In this document: positions 42,954 through 55,285 of the stretch, piece after piece | Layout: the number at the start of each line of letters is the position of its first letter | How positions within the stretch are numbered: position 1 is the stretch's first letter | Assembly (NCBI GenBank): GCA_951406725.2 | Contig: OX597831.1 | Location: 51,584,001-51,648,000, forward strand | Origin: Octopus vulgaris | Lineage: Eukaryota | DNA length: 64,000 bases | Reading direction: 5' to 3' | Position numbers and translations under genes: made by a program | Notes under the pieces: model-generated | The model's database searches: none | Seen by the model: the letters and a program-made list of their open reading frames with translations, nothing else | Told to the model about the DNA's origin: nothing

Positions 42954-43007
42954 TTTTGTCAAAATATTTTCGTCGCTTTTGAGACCATGACCTGTTCACT
43001 GACAAAA
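42954..43007 (-). ncRNA. Minimal hammerhead motif, G3-C8 variant
   Basis: minus: TTTTGTCA-GTGAACA-gGTC..GAC-GAAA-ATAT-TT-TGACAAAA; perfect 8-bp stem I. Confidence 0.6.
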
Positions 43008-43072
43008 CTGTGTGCTGCATCTCTAACGGTTTTTGTGTGTTTCTTAAATGGCTTATAAACACCTTCCACGCC

Positions 43073-43154
<82 letters not shown>

Positions 43155-43456
43155 ATGTATATGTGTATGTATACACATACATGTGCATAAACACACACAC
43201 ACTCTCATATAACACATACACAGATGTCTTTGTTCTTGAACACCACCACCACCACCACTTGACAACCGGTGTTGGTTTGTCAGTGTTCCCATAACTCAGC
43301 AGTTCATCAAGAGACCAAAGAAATGAATATCAGACTTTAAAAAAAAAATGTAGTATTGGGGTTGATTTGTTTGACTAACCTCCTCAGGGCAGTGCCCCAG
43401 AATGGCTGCAGGCCAATTTTTGAAGCAAGTTCAAAATTAAAAGAAAACTTTCTTAC

Positions 43457-43587
43457 CTGTGAAGAAAGGTCAAGAAGAAGCAATTTATTCCTTTTGCCTT
43501 CTTGATTATTATTACCAAAACTGGCAAAGTTCTTCAGGAATCGGTCTTCAAATCGGCAAGACATTTCTTTGAATGCTTTTGCAAAAT
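43457..43587 (-). CDS. Secreted VWA-like protein, coding exon 2
   Basis: DFAKAFKEMSCRF...KLLLLDLSSQ (VWA beta1 plus DxSxS-like motif); TAG acceptor, GTAAGA donor; 131 nt, phase 1 to 0. Confidence 0.8.
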
Positions 43588-43888
43588 CTATCATAAAAAA
43601 TAAAGATATGAAATTTCACAAGAAGTATAGATTTTACTGTGAAAATATTAAGTATGGTAATCCTTTACTACTTTAATAAAATTTTTTACACTAAATATAA
43701 AAATAAATTATAAACACAGGGACAGGCATGGTCATGTGGTTAAGAAGCTAGCTTTGCAACCAAGTGGTTTCAGGTTCCATCCTACCATGCAGCATCTTGG
43801 GCAAGTGTCTCTGCTATAGTCACAGACTGATGAATGCCTTTTGTTTGAATTTGGTTGATGGAAGTGTAGAAGCCAGTGGTGTGTGTGT

Positions 43889-44118
43889 ATACAGGGTGTG
43901 GTGAATATATTGTTGTCTAAATTACGCAAAAAGGAAAATAACACTGATATCTCATTTTAACAGATATATTTTCCAAAATTACAGGAAAATATCTTGAAAT
44001 ACTAAAAGGAAAATTTATTCAACAAAATGACCATTGGCTTCAACCACAGCCTCCAGACAACTTCAGAATCTCCTGCAACTCTTCAGGACAGTCTCCTTGT
44101 TTAAGTTGGTGAATCCTA
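43889..44118 (-). mobile_element. Tc1-like transposon 3' fragment
   Basis: TA-CAGGGTG terminus; minus translation SCRRF*SCLEAVVEANGHF resembles a Tc1 transposase C-terminus. Confidence 0.6.
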
Positions 44119-44979
44119 CCACAATCCTTATCTTCAGCTCATCTTATCCACTGCTTGTGGACATAGTGTAGTGAACAAGAGCATTTGGTTAATGCAGAGC
44201 AATCACCTAAAGATTCTGAGTTCAATCTCAAGCAAGGGACTAAAGTGAATCACAAAATACCTGAAGAAGGCTGGTGTGTACAACAACTGAAAGATAGTGA
44301 ACACAAAAATCATGATGATGACACCAGTCTGACTATGTAAACAGGGTACATAATATAAAATTCCTCATCTCAGAAATATAGAATTGTATGTGCAATTACT
44401 ATGTCTTAGTCCATCGATTTATGTTTATTTGGTCAAGTTCTGAGATCGAATTAAGTGACAAGGATGTATTGGCGACATTGTTAGAGTTTTAAATGATAAA
44501 ATGCCTGTGATATTTCATAATGGCCCTTTATGTTCTGAGTTTAATTCCTGCCAAGGTCAATTTCGACTTTTTACCATTCCTTGGTCCATGAAATAAAGTT
44601 TCTGGTAAGTACTCAGTTTAGTTTATGAGGAGAAGTGAAGGGAGATGTCAGGACCGGAAGCAAAGGAGGAAGAGTGACATCAGGACTGGAAGTAACATCA
44701 GGTCAAGAAGCAGGGTATTTGAACATCCTCTTTCTTCATTAGGACATCGAAGGGAACAAACAGCTGGAAGAGATCTTGATGGGAGAGTAGTTTCTGGCTA
44801 GAGGTTGGGTTGCGTACATGTGTAGGTATGACCAGTGAGTCCTGCTGATCCTTGTGAAGTGAAGACGGGTACTAACTCCTGGTTTTATTTCAAGGTAAGA
44901 ACAATCTTATATCTGCTTTTCCTTCTACAGTTTAATACTTTAAGATATTCTATATGTCAATGGAATTTTGATAGAATGA

Positions 44980-45189
44980 GAAGAAGGCAGCAAGGAGGAA
45001 GAAGAGGAGGAGGAGAAGTAGGATGATAGTAATTGTAATAATAAGACAGAGGAGAAGAAGGTGAGAAGAAGAAGAAGAAGAAGAAAAAGAAGAAGAAGAA
45101 GAAGAAGAAGAAGACGAAGAAGAAGGTGAGAAGAAGAAGAAGACGAAGAAGAAGAAGAAGAAGAAGAAGAAGAAGAAGAAGAAGAAGAA

Positions 45190-45236
<47 letters not shown>

Positions 45237-45342
45237 CGAAAAAGAAGGTGAGAAGAAGAAGACGAAGAGGAAGGTGAGAAGAAGAAGAAGGTGAGAAGAA
45301 GAAGAAGAAGAAGAAGAAGAAGAAGAAGAAGAAGAAGAAGGA
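44980..45342 (+). repeat. Long imperfect (GAA)n microsatellite
   Basis: About 300 nt of GAA with recurring GGTGAGAA interruptions; intronic. Confidence 0.95.
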
Positions 45343-46329
45343 AACAACAACAATGATGACAATTATACCCATTCCCCTAATTTGAAGTGTCAGATATAAA
45401 ACTAGATTGATAAAAAGTGTAACTCTTTTGCCCAAACTGACCCATTTCTGGTATCATAGAAAAATGATATCAGAAAGGTAAAAATAAAAGAAAAGTCATC
45501 ATTTTAAGTAAGATAGAAAGAATGATGTAGAATGACGATGATGTATACAGGACTGTATTATTTGGACAATATGTTTTCTTCTTTTTTTTAAGACAATAAA
45601 TTGTGATTTGAGGGTGATTTGGTTGTTATTTCTAGCTGATTGACCACATAGAAGTTCCCTTGTTGGCTTTAGGATTAAATTTGTTGGTGGGAAATGGAAT
45701 GAATGTCACTGAACTTGTTTGACCTCTGCCCATTCCTGCTGAAGTTGAAAGGGTTAATACTCTATTGCAGTACATACTTCTGCTAATGAAAGGTAAATTA
45801 ATTCTAATTAACACATCTGTGATCATCATCATCATCATCATCTTCATTTAACATCCACTTTTCTATGCTTGTATGGGTCAGACAGAATTTGTCGAGACAG
45901 ATTTTCGACAACTGGTTGCCATTCCAGTTGTCAGGTGTCATCACCTGTTTTCAGGTAAGGCAATATTTTCCCATGGCCAAACACGTTTTTCGCAGAAGAC
46001 TGGAAACGAACAACATTGGTTGCATGATGGCAATGTTTGTTTATGACCACTATGTCAAGACAAGGGTATGCACAAACATACACATATGCACACACACACA
46101 CATGCACACACACACACATGCACACACACACACATGCACACACGTACACACAGACATGCACACACAAACAAACACACACACATGTATACACATACTCACA
46201 TGCATACACACACTCATATACACACACAAACACATGCATACATATGCACATGCATACACACACTCACATGGATACTTGCACACAAATACACTCATATGCT
46301 TACACACATGCACACACACATGAACACAT

Positions 46330-46552
46330 GAAGGCGATGAGCTGGCAGAAACGTTAGCACGCCGGGCGAAATGCTTAGCGGTATTTCATCTGCTGTTATG
46401 TTCTGAGTTCAAATTCCGCTAAGGTCGACCTTGCCTTTCATCCTTTCAGGGTCGATAAATTTAGTACCAGTTATGCACTGGATGTAATCGACTTAATCCA
46501 TTTGTCTGTCCTTGTATGTCCCCTCTATGTTTAGCTCCTTGTGGGCAATAAA
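46330..46552 (+). mobile_element. tRNA-derived SINE family B
   Basis: GAGCTGGCAGAAACGTTAGCAC..GAGTTCAAATTCC..GCCTTTCATCCTTTC core; copies at 32805-33175 (tandem), 36710-36910, 60600-60821 and 61633-61853. Confidence 0.85.
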
Positions 46553-46716
46553 AAAATAACACACACATGAACACACACACATGCATATATACACTCACCG
46601 GCACACACACACATGCATACACACGCACATGGATACCCACATTCATTCGCACACACATTCATTTAATCACAACTGTACCTTAGATATAAATAAATAAAAT
46701 AATTAATGATCTAAAT

Positions 46717-46971
46717 CAGTGCTTCTCAACGATTTTTTACCTTTTGACCCCTTTAATTCCCATTTTACTCAGATGGATCCTCTTAGCCATTCAATGTTTT
46801 AAAAAATCCTATTATATTTTTATAACTAAATATTATTTGGATATGTATAAAAAAATTGCCAAAATAATTTGTGTATTATAGAAATATAAGCAATTTATAG
46901 CACATAAATTTTAACACCAAAATCTTATATGGAACCCCAAGTGCCATATGGAACCTGGTTGAGAACCACTG
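46717..46971. mobile_element. hAT MITE
   Basis: CAGTGCTTCTCAAC / GTTGAGAACCACTG TIRs; TSD ATCTAAAT/ATATAAAT; partial copy from 18699. Confidence 0.7.
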
Positions 46972-47049
46972 ATATAAATAAATGTCAGCTGATTGATTGA
47001 TAGATTGATTAATTGATTGATAGATTGATTGATTGATTTTTCTGTTTAC

Positions 47050-47383
47050 CTTCAAAAAAGTTATGTCCATGATATTGAGGCTCATAAGACTTGTGTTGAG
47101 CTGCATGTTCAGGCTGCTTCCATAATCTAAAATAGCCCCACTCACCATTTAAAGAGAAATCTCCAAAGAATGAACCCTGTCGTGGATAACTGGGATATTG
47201 CCGGAAAGATTTCTGACGTGCAACCATTGGAGAGTAAGAGTTATTTCTGCCACCATAATTCCACAAACCATTGTCATTCCAGCCATCATATTGGGGGTCT
47301 TGATTGCCATAGCCGAAATAATCTTCACCAACAGATAGCGTGTGTGAGATGAGTGCTATTGTAATAATTCCTAGAGTCCACAT
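47050..47383 (-). CDS. Secreted VWA-like protein, coding exon 1 (signal peptide + G/Y/W/N-rich region)
   Basis: MWTLGIITIALISHTLSVG hydrophobic leader; TTCCAG acceptor at 47398, GTAAAC donor; 334 nt, ends phase 1. Confidence 0.8.
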
Positions 47384-47767
47384 TATGTTAGAATTATCTG
47401 GAACAAAAAGAATATATATATATTCAGTAAATTGTATTACATACATATGAGAGGGATGACCACTATGTGGACAACCCTTATGCTAGAAGTAGATCCGCAT
47501 ATCTTACCACTAAGAAATGTTCTCAAGAAAATTTAGCAAACACCAGAACGTAAGCGAGCAAGACAAAAGAAAAGTAACAAAAATATAGATTAATCTATGG
47601 TAAGACCATAGCGGATCTACTTCTAGCATGAGGGTTGTCCACATAATGGTCATCTCTCTCATATGTACGTAATACAATTTACTGAACCTTCAGATTTGAA
47701 TATGCTAGACCACTGGTTTTAAATTGATGTTAATCTAATTAATATCCAGTTTTTCACCCTCATTTAA

Positions 47768-47802
<35 letters not shown>

Positions 47803-47828
47803 AAAGTTAAATGCGATACAATAAAATT

Positions 47829-47883
<55 letters not shown>

Positions 47884-48059
47884 TTATACATATATATATA
47901 TATATGTATGTATGTATAATACACACACACACACACAATAAAATAGTAAAAGTAAATGTAGATTGAATGTGTTGTTTACTTCCACAAAATACAGATCAAC
48001 AAGGAACTGAGAGACCAGTTGGAATTTGATGTATTGGCAAGTGTGGGAGAGTTATGTGG

Positions 48060-48945
48060 TTGCATGAATGAACTATACATGTTATGGATGCACAAAAGGA
48101 AAGCTCCTGTCAGACCATCCAACTTAGCTAGTAATTATAGACCAATCATGTGCTTACCATTGGTGTGGAAGCTGTTAACAGGAATGCTCTCAGAAAGCAT
48201 TTATGAGCACCTTGACAGCCAGAATTTGCTGCCAGAAGAACAAAAAGGCAGTAGGAAGAAGGCACGATCTTTCATACATAGACAAAATAGTCCTAAAAGA
48301 AGTGAAATCTAGAATGAAAAATTTAGCAATAGCATGGATAGATTATAAGAAGGCCTAAGATATGGTTCTACACCCATGAATAAGTGGATGATTGAATATA
48401 TTCAGTATTGCAGACAACATAAGAGAGTTAATTAGCTATTGCCTGAAGAAATGGTAAGTAGATCTCTACTCAGGTGACACAAGTCATAAAAAAGAGACAG
48501 GTAATCAGCAATGAAAGCATTCAATTACCAGATGGCTATACATTAAAATCACTGAAAGAAGGAGAAAGTTATAAGTATCTTTAGAGGTATTAAAATCTGA
48601 CAGAGTACTAACTATAGAAATGAAAGCAAAAATTGAGAAGGTGTATATTAGATGGGTGAGGGAGTTAATTAAATCAAAGCTAGATGGCCTGAATCTAGTG
48701 AAAACTGTAAATACTTGGGCAGCATCGTTACTTAGATATTCAGCAGCTTTTGTAGAGTGGACTGAATTTGAATTAGCAAATCTAGACGGTAGAATTAGGA
48801 AGGAATTCAATAAGAATAGAGGACTTCATCCAAGAACAGGAATAGCAAGACTATATTTACCTAGAGAGGAAGATGATGGAGGTTTAACATCAGTAGCAGA
48901 CTGTGAAGTTACCCAGAGAAGATATAGCCTTCTGTGCTGGTAATA
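48060..48945 (+). mobile_element. Degenerate R4/Dong/NeSL-like non-LTR RT fragment
   Basis: NYRPIMCLPLVWKLLTG, LLPEEQKG, AWIDYKKA, RLYLPREE..GGL motifs with stops and an internal deletion. Confidence 0.7.
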
Positions 48946-49415
48946 GTGAAGGAAGTTTAGTAAGAGTTGTAAGAATAACAGTTGCTGATAGGAAAACTGA
49001 AAAGCCAAATGAAGTTAAAAACCAGGGGGTTGATAAAATAAGTACCAGTTGAACTCTGGTATTGATGTAATCGACTTACCCACTTCCCTGAAATTGCTGG
49101 CCTTGTGCCAAAATTTGACATCAGTATAGTATCTTGTTCTATTTTCCAAATTTCTAGTAATATAACCTAAACTATTTCTTTGCCATGTTTTTCATTTGTA
49201 TTAGTTAATAAAATTGTAAATGAATTAAAATGGTATCAAACTACCTTTATACTATATATATATAATTAAGAACTAGAATCACAATGATTTATTTTCTAAA
49301 TTCCATATAATTTCTAAAGAAATCTTTAGAAATATAAAATAAAAATTTAAAATGCAAAGCAAATGAGAAAATGGTCTCTTCAAGAAAGAATAAAATTGTT
49401 AAGATTTCAACTTAC

Positions 49416-49462
49416 TTGTATCAGTCTTCTGGTGTTTTGTGGTGATGGAGAGCTAATTTATA
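49416..49462 (-). promoter_or_regulatory. Candidate TATA box and short non-coding first exon of the VWA-like gene
   Basis: TATAAA at 49462-49457 followed about 40 nt later by a GTAAGT donor after 49416; coding exon 1 has an acceptor upstream of its ATG, so a 5' exon is required. Confidence 0.5.
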
Positions 49463-49834
49463 AATGTGACAGTGAAACACAGTTAAACAGTATATAATTC
49501 AAAAGTTGTTCTGCTGAGTGCTTGCAGAAGCCAACATACAACACCCAGTGTGTCAACAAATTTCACAGAATGAATGTGGAACAAAGATTGCTAATGTGAT
49601 CAGGTGTCCTGTATGCCTTGACTCACCTGTGGTTTTGTTAAATCTGCCTCAGGTGGTTCGGTAAAGATTTATTTATTTATTATGTTTACTTATTTATTTT
49701 TTATTTTATCTCTTTATTTTTAATTTAGTAAAAAAAAAAAAAAAAGGTCAGAGTGCTTTTCTTTTCTTCTTTAAACAGTAGAAGTTAACTATGGAAGACA
49801 GATAAAATAATAATTTGAGCTTTCAAAGTATTTA

Positions 49835-49870
<36 letters not shown>

Positions 49871-50755
49871 ATGCATGCGTGCGTGTATGTACTGATGTTC
49901 TTCCTACCACTCAGTTGTGGGGTAGGAGCAGAATACATAATTAGTCACATAGACCAATAGGCGCAGATGTGACAGTGTGGTAAGAAGCTTGCTTCCCCAA
50001 CCATATGGTTCCAGGTTCAGTCCCACAGTAGCACCTTAGGTAGAAGCCTTCTGCTATAATCTTGGGCCTTTGTGAGTAGATTTGGTTAACAGAAACTGAA
50101 AGAAGCCCATTGTGTATGTATGTGTGTGTGTGTGTGTGCACGCGTGCGTGTGTGTGTGTTTCTTTGAGTTTGTCCCCCATCACTACTTGTCAACAACTGT
50201 TGTTGTGTTTAAGTCCCTATAACTTAGAGGTTCAGCAAAAGGGAGCGATAGAATAAGTACCAGGCTTAAAAAGAAAAATGTACTGGGGTTGATTCATTCA
50301 ACTAAAACTTCTTCAAAGTAGTGCCTCAGCATGGCCGCAGTCTAATGACTGAACCAAGGTAAGAGATACAAGATAAAAAGACTAAGACAAAGTTAAATGC
50401 TTTGTACAGCAACATACCTCAAGGGCTTGATGTCCAGCCCTTAACTTCAACTGCATTTCATAGCTATTTTACCCTTTTATGTAATTCATATAAATAACTA
50501 AATTTTTAATACTTGCCATTTCATTTTAGTCTCTTCTAACCAAGTCCATGCTTCATCTTCAGCATTTATCAAGTGTTCAATTGCCTATGTTAATATAGGC
50601 ACAGGCATGGCTGTGTGGTAAGCAGTTTCTTTCTCAATCACATGGTCTCTGATTCTGATTCAATCCCACTGCATAGCATCTTGGGTAAGAACCTTCTACT
50701 ACAGCCCCAGGCCAACAAAATCCTTGGTGGGTGGAAACTGAGAGAAGACTGTATG

Positions 50756-50786
<31 letters not shown>

Positions 50787-51005
50787 GGTGGCTGCCCCCT
50801 TGTTATCGAGTATGGCCATTGCACGAAGCTTAATCAATGTTAATCATGATACATCCTTAAGACATTTATTGGATGGCCATTGACTCTCAAGAGTTCCTCC
50901 GCCCTTTGACAGGTTTTGTCTTTCATCCTGCAGGGTGTCCAATAAACACTCTCCTCACCAAGCAAGCTTGGTGGGGTTGTCGGTTTAGTCACCGACGACC
51001 AGACC

Positions 51006-51074
<69 letters not shown>

Positions 51075-51567
51075 AGCATACATCATAAATTGGTTCCAGG
51101 AAACATGACTTAAGTCGAATTAACATGTCTCTAGGTTAGGCTAGGCTGAATTTACTTGTCTCTAGACTAAACCGATAATAACCATTCCTAGATCTGTACT
51201 TTATTTAGGAATGCATTTTCAGTCACACATGGTTAATAAAAACCTATTTTAAGTGCTTACAAACAAATAATTTTAATTTTTTAATACAGTGCAGTAAAAA
51301 AAAGAAAAAAAGTAATCTAAATTAATGAATACAATCTGGTGGTGTTTACAACTTTTAGGAACACTAATAGTGTATTGGCACAAAGGGTTGTGAATTTTGC
51401 CTATATTGAAGTTTGATAAGCTTATTGAACTTCAATTTGGGAAAAATTTACAATCTTCTATGTCAATAAACTACTATTGTTCCTGAAAGTTACTTTTTAT
51501 ATCTTCTATGGACTGCTTGAAGCTTATTAACTTTCTACACCTGGCCTGGATCCTTGGATCTTACATT

Positions 51568-51614
<47 letters not shown>

Positions 51615-52375
51615 GTGTGTGTGTGTTACTTGCTCCTTGACTTCATGTGATAGTTATAGCATTTTCTGATTAAAGGGAACGTTGCCTTGCTTGGACACAG
51701 GTGAGGGTTGGTGACAGGAAGGACATTTAACCATTGAAAATCTGTCTCAGCAACTTTCGTCCGACCCATGCAAACTTGGGAATAGTGGATGACGATGACA
51801 GTGATGATGACACTGACGAATAATGATGTTGCTGACAATGCTGATGATGACGATGATGGCAACGATGACAATGGCAATGGCGGTGGTGGCGATGACGACA
51901 CCGACGATTATGATGATAATGATGATGGTGATAATGATGATATATCTTGTGTGAACAGTTGGATGAGTGTTGCTGGTGAGTTTAGAGCTTTTGCAGAGTG
52001 CCATAATCCAGTCTACTTCCTGTATATTGGAGTGGTTGCTACTGTACGAAGCAGTATTGCAGGTTACCATTTACAGATCAAATCTAGGAGTTATGATTAA
52101 ATATATGTGTAACATAATGCAATAAAGTATTTCCTGGATGAACTGATGTGGTTCAGCACATGAAACATCAACTGCAGAGGATGCAAATAACTGTAATGGG
52201 GAAACATTCATAGGGAAAAAATAAGCTATTCTGCATCCTGCATTTTTCATAGTTCCTCATATACATTACATACATACACACATGAAACCTTGGGTAACTG
52301 CACATAAAATTTTGTTGTAATAATTACTGCTCTGTTTGTTAGTGTGTGCTTCTTTCTGATATATGTTTTTTTTAT

Positions 52376-52429
<54 letters not shown>

Positions 52430-52433
<4 letters not shown>

Positions 52434-53706
52434 TAAATTAGAGTAACATAATTTATATTAGATAATTTTCCCATTCATAATTTTGTTTATAGTATTTATA
52501 GTATTTTTTAATACTATATTACTAAGTAAGGAATATTCCTATAAGTATGTGGCTGAGTATCTGTGGCTACTGGATGTTGTTTCTCCTCTGTGTTAGTGTA
52601 TTGCAGTGTGCATACGTTTATGTATGAGTGATTGTATGTGTGTGTGTGCGAGTATGCATAATTAATGTGTAGAAATATAGGGTTGCATTTAAAACATATC
52701 CGTGTCTATATGTATTTGTGTATGTATAGATATATATGTGTGTGTGTGTTTGTTTACGTATTTATATATGTTTATTACATACATATAGTATATAGTATTT
52801 AATACTATTTTAATAAGAATGAAATATTTCTATAAGTATGTGGTTGAGTATCTGCGGCTACTGGATGTTATTTCTCCTCTGTGTTAGTGTATTGCTGAGA
52901 GTATATGTTTATGAATGAGTGATTGTATGTGTGTGTGTGTGAGTATGCATAAGTAATGTGTAGAAGTATAGGGCTGCATTATAAATATATCTGTGTCTAT
53001 ATGTATATGTGTATGTATAGATATATATATGTATGTGTGGGTTTGTGTACGTATTTAGATATGTTTATATACATACATGTATATATGTGCATGAGCATGT
53101 GTATATATATTTTTTGTTTTTTGAAATTAGCTATTTCATCTTTAAATATGAGAAATTAAATATATTAGGTTTTCATTATATACAATTGTTTATAGAGTTT
53201 ATTTTAGATCTTGATTATAATATTTATATATATTTTCATTGATAATTTATATATATTAGTCATTTCAAATATCTATATAAGTAGATATAGACTAAAATGG
53301 ATATTAGAATATGGATTTCTACCTTATAAATTAAAGTTAATATTTAACATTATAGTCGATTTCGATATAATCATATTTAATAATACAGTTTATTATAAGT
53401 AAATTTTTATTTAGATTATATAGATTATTTATATCTTAAAAATATTGATTATATTTTAGGTTTTGAAACCACCTGAAGAATGTCTCAAAGATGTGCTGAC
53501 ACGAAACGGTCGTAGTGGTTATTTATAATTGTTAAATTTTAATTTATATAAATTATTATATGTATTGGCTTAAGTCTTTCTTTGTTTGATTTGCATAATA
53601 GTGGTTTTGTCTCTAATTTAATATAATATAATATTTTACTATAAAATTGGATTCAATCCTAAATCTGATTTTTCCCTGTAAATTTGGATTTATTCCCTAA
53701 TATATT

Positions 53707-53710
<4 letters not shown>
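52430..53710 (+). mobile_element. Putative Penelope-like element terminal (pseudo-LTR) region
   Basis: Bounded by (TA)n; ~300-bp internal direct duplication (~52495-52790 and 52790-53060); contains a hammerhead at 53467 and a terminus related to 39530 and 59800. Penelope origin is inferred; no RT seen. Confidence 0.55.
53467..53520 (+). ncRNA. Minimal type I hammerhead ribozyme, canonical core
   Basis: AACCAC-CTGAAGA-aTGTC..GACAc-GAAA-CGGTCG-TA-GTGGTT; perfect 6-bp stem I; GUA triplet. Confidence 0.75.
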
Positions 53711-53756
<46 letters not shown>

Positions 53757-53835
53757 ATGGAAAGGAACACACGAGTTGATATATATGAAAAAAAAAGTCA
53801 AGATAGAAAATGCTAAAATAATTTTATAAAATACA

Positions 53836-53877
53836 TTTCAGTACCGGTTTCAGTCATTGAGACTTTTTCAACTGTAA
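53836..53877 (-). ncRNA. Minimal hammerhead motif, U3-A8 variant
   Basis: minus: TTACAG-TTGAAAA-AGTC tcaat GACT-GAAA-CCGG-TA-CTGAAA. Confidence 0.65.
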
Positions 53878-53995
53878 CAATTAAATAATTAAATTTAGAA
53901 AAATTAAAAGAAAAGTTTTTTTAAAAGAATATTTGTATAGTGTTCAAATACAAGTGGCATTTTCCTTGGTCTGCCTGTCTCTGTCTCTCTTATAT

Positions 53996-54057
<62 letters not shown>

Positions 54058-54062
<5 letters not shown>

Positions 54063-54274
54063 GGGTGGCCCAAAATTAGGTTTACAGTTATTCAACTATC
54101 TCTTTCGCATTCATACATTAACAGTTTAGATCTTAATTATAACAAAAATATGAAACCATTATTCTATTCTAACTTAGTTGATTGTAAGATAGAAATTTAA
54201 ATGTAATAAAATGTTTTAAAAGAAATTTAAAGTGCCTACATGATAAGTGTAAACCTAGTTTTGAGCCATCCAGT
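54058..54274. mobile_element. Tc1/mariner MITE
   Basis: GGGTGGCCCAAAATTAGGTTTACA / TGTAAACCTAGTTTTGAGCCATCC imperfect TIRs with TA flanks. Confidence 0.65.
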
Positions 54275-54279
54275 ATATA

Positions 54280-55285
54280 TATAAGGATTGGCTGAAAAGT
54301 TCATAGGTTGACTGAAATATAAGGTTTATTTTTCAACATAGTCCCCTTTGCAGTCCCCACACTTCTTCCATTGGTGTTGCAGTGCTTGGATTCCATTGGG
54401 GAAGGAGCTTTCATCCTAAAGTCATCAACAGCAGATAATATGACATCATCACTGCAATACTGTTTCCCAGCCAAGTGTTTTTTCATGTTGAGGAACATGA
54501 TAGTTAGATGAGGCCAAATCAGGAGAGTAAGGAGGGTGATTAACCAGTTGAAAGCCACAGTCACACACAGCAGCCATTGAAACCAAGGACTTGTGTGCTG
54601 GTGCATTGTCCTGATGAAACAAGCCCCATTTTGTCAGTTTTCCTGGCTGCTTGTTTGGTCTCGATAGCCTTTCATAATTGCTTCAGCATGTTGGCTTAGT
54701 GCTCTTCATTGATAGTGTGGTAGTCTATAAGCATAATGCCTTTCGCATCTCCCAAAACTGAGCCCATCACTTTCCCTGCAGATGAAATGACCTGGGCCTT
54801 CTTTGGAGCAGGTGAGAAGAGGTGTTTCTACTGCATGGATTGTGTCTTTGTCTCTGGCTCAAAGTGATGAACCTAACCACTCATCGTGGGTTAGGAAATA
54901 TCCAAGAAAACCAGCTGGATCTGCTTCAAACAATGTCAGATTTACCTGTGATGTGATCAGCCTGGTGTGCTTTTGATTAGGTGTCAGATGTGGCACCCAC
55001 CAAGAAGAAACCTTTGTCGTGCCGAATTCATTGTGCAAAATATTCTCAACTCAGAAAATTGGCTATTTGATTTATAGTCAATCACCTAACATCTATCACC
55101 ATGTGGTGAACATGATCAATGTTTTCCTTGATGGTGACAGCTGCAGGGTGTCCAAACTTTGGGTCATATTCAAGGCTCTCCCTTTCCCTCCTAAATTCAG
55201 CTGTCCACTTTTAAAAGAATAGTTGAAATTAATGTATGCAAGATTCCACAGCTTAAGCATCACTCTTTCATTGTCAGCCTACAAA
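54280..55285 (-). mobile_element. Mariner transposon relic
   Basis: ~30-bp imperfect TIRs with TA; WVPHL (~54990), FHQDNAPAH (~54600) and HPPYSPDLAS (~54515) motifs; frameshifted. Confidence 0.9.

Noticed and set aside
44940-45435. Long poly-Ser/poly-Phe ORFs
   Set aside because: Translations of the (GAA)n microsatellite, with no splice-phase link to the gene
45865-46357. His/Thr- and Cys/Val-rich ORFs
   Set aside because: Degenerate (CA)n repeat translations
51789-52100. Asp-rich ORF suggestive of a biomineralization protein
   Set aside because: Derived from the expanded (GAT)n tail of an RTE-tailed repeat; no signal peptide or splice support
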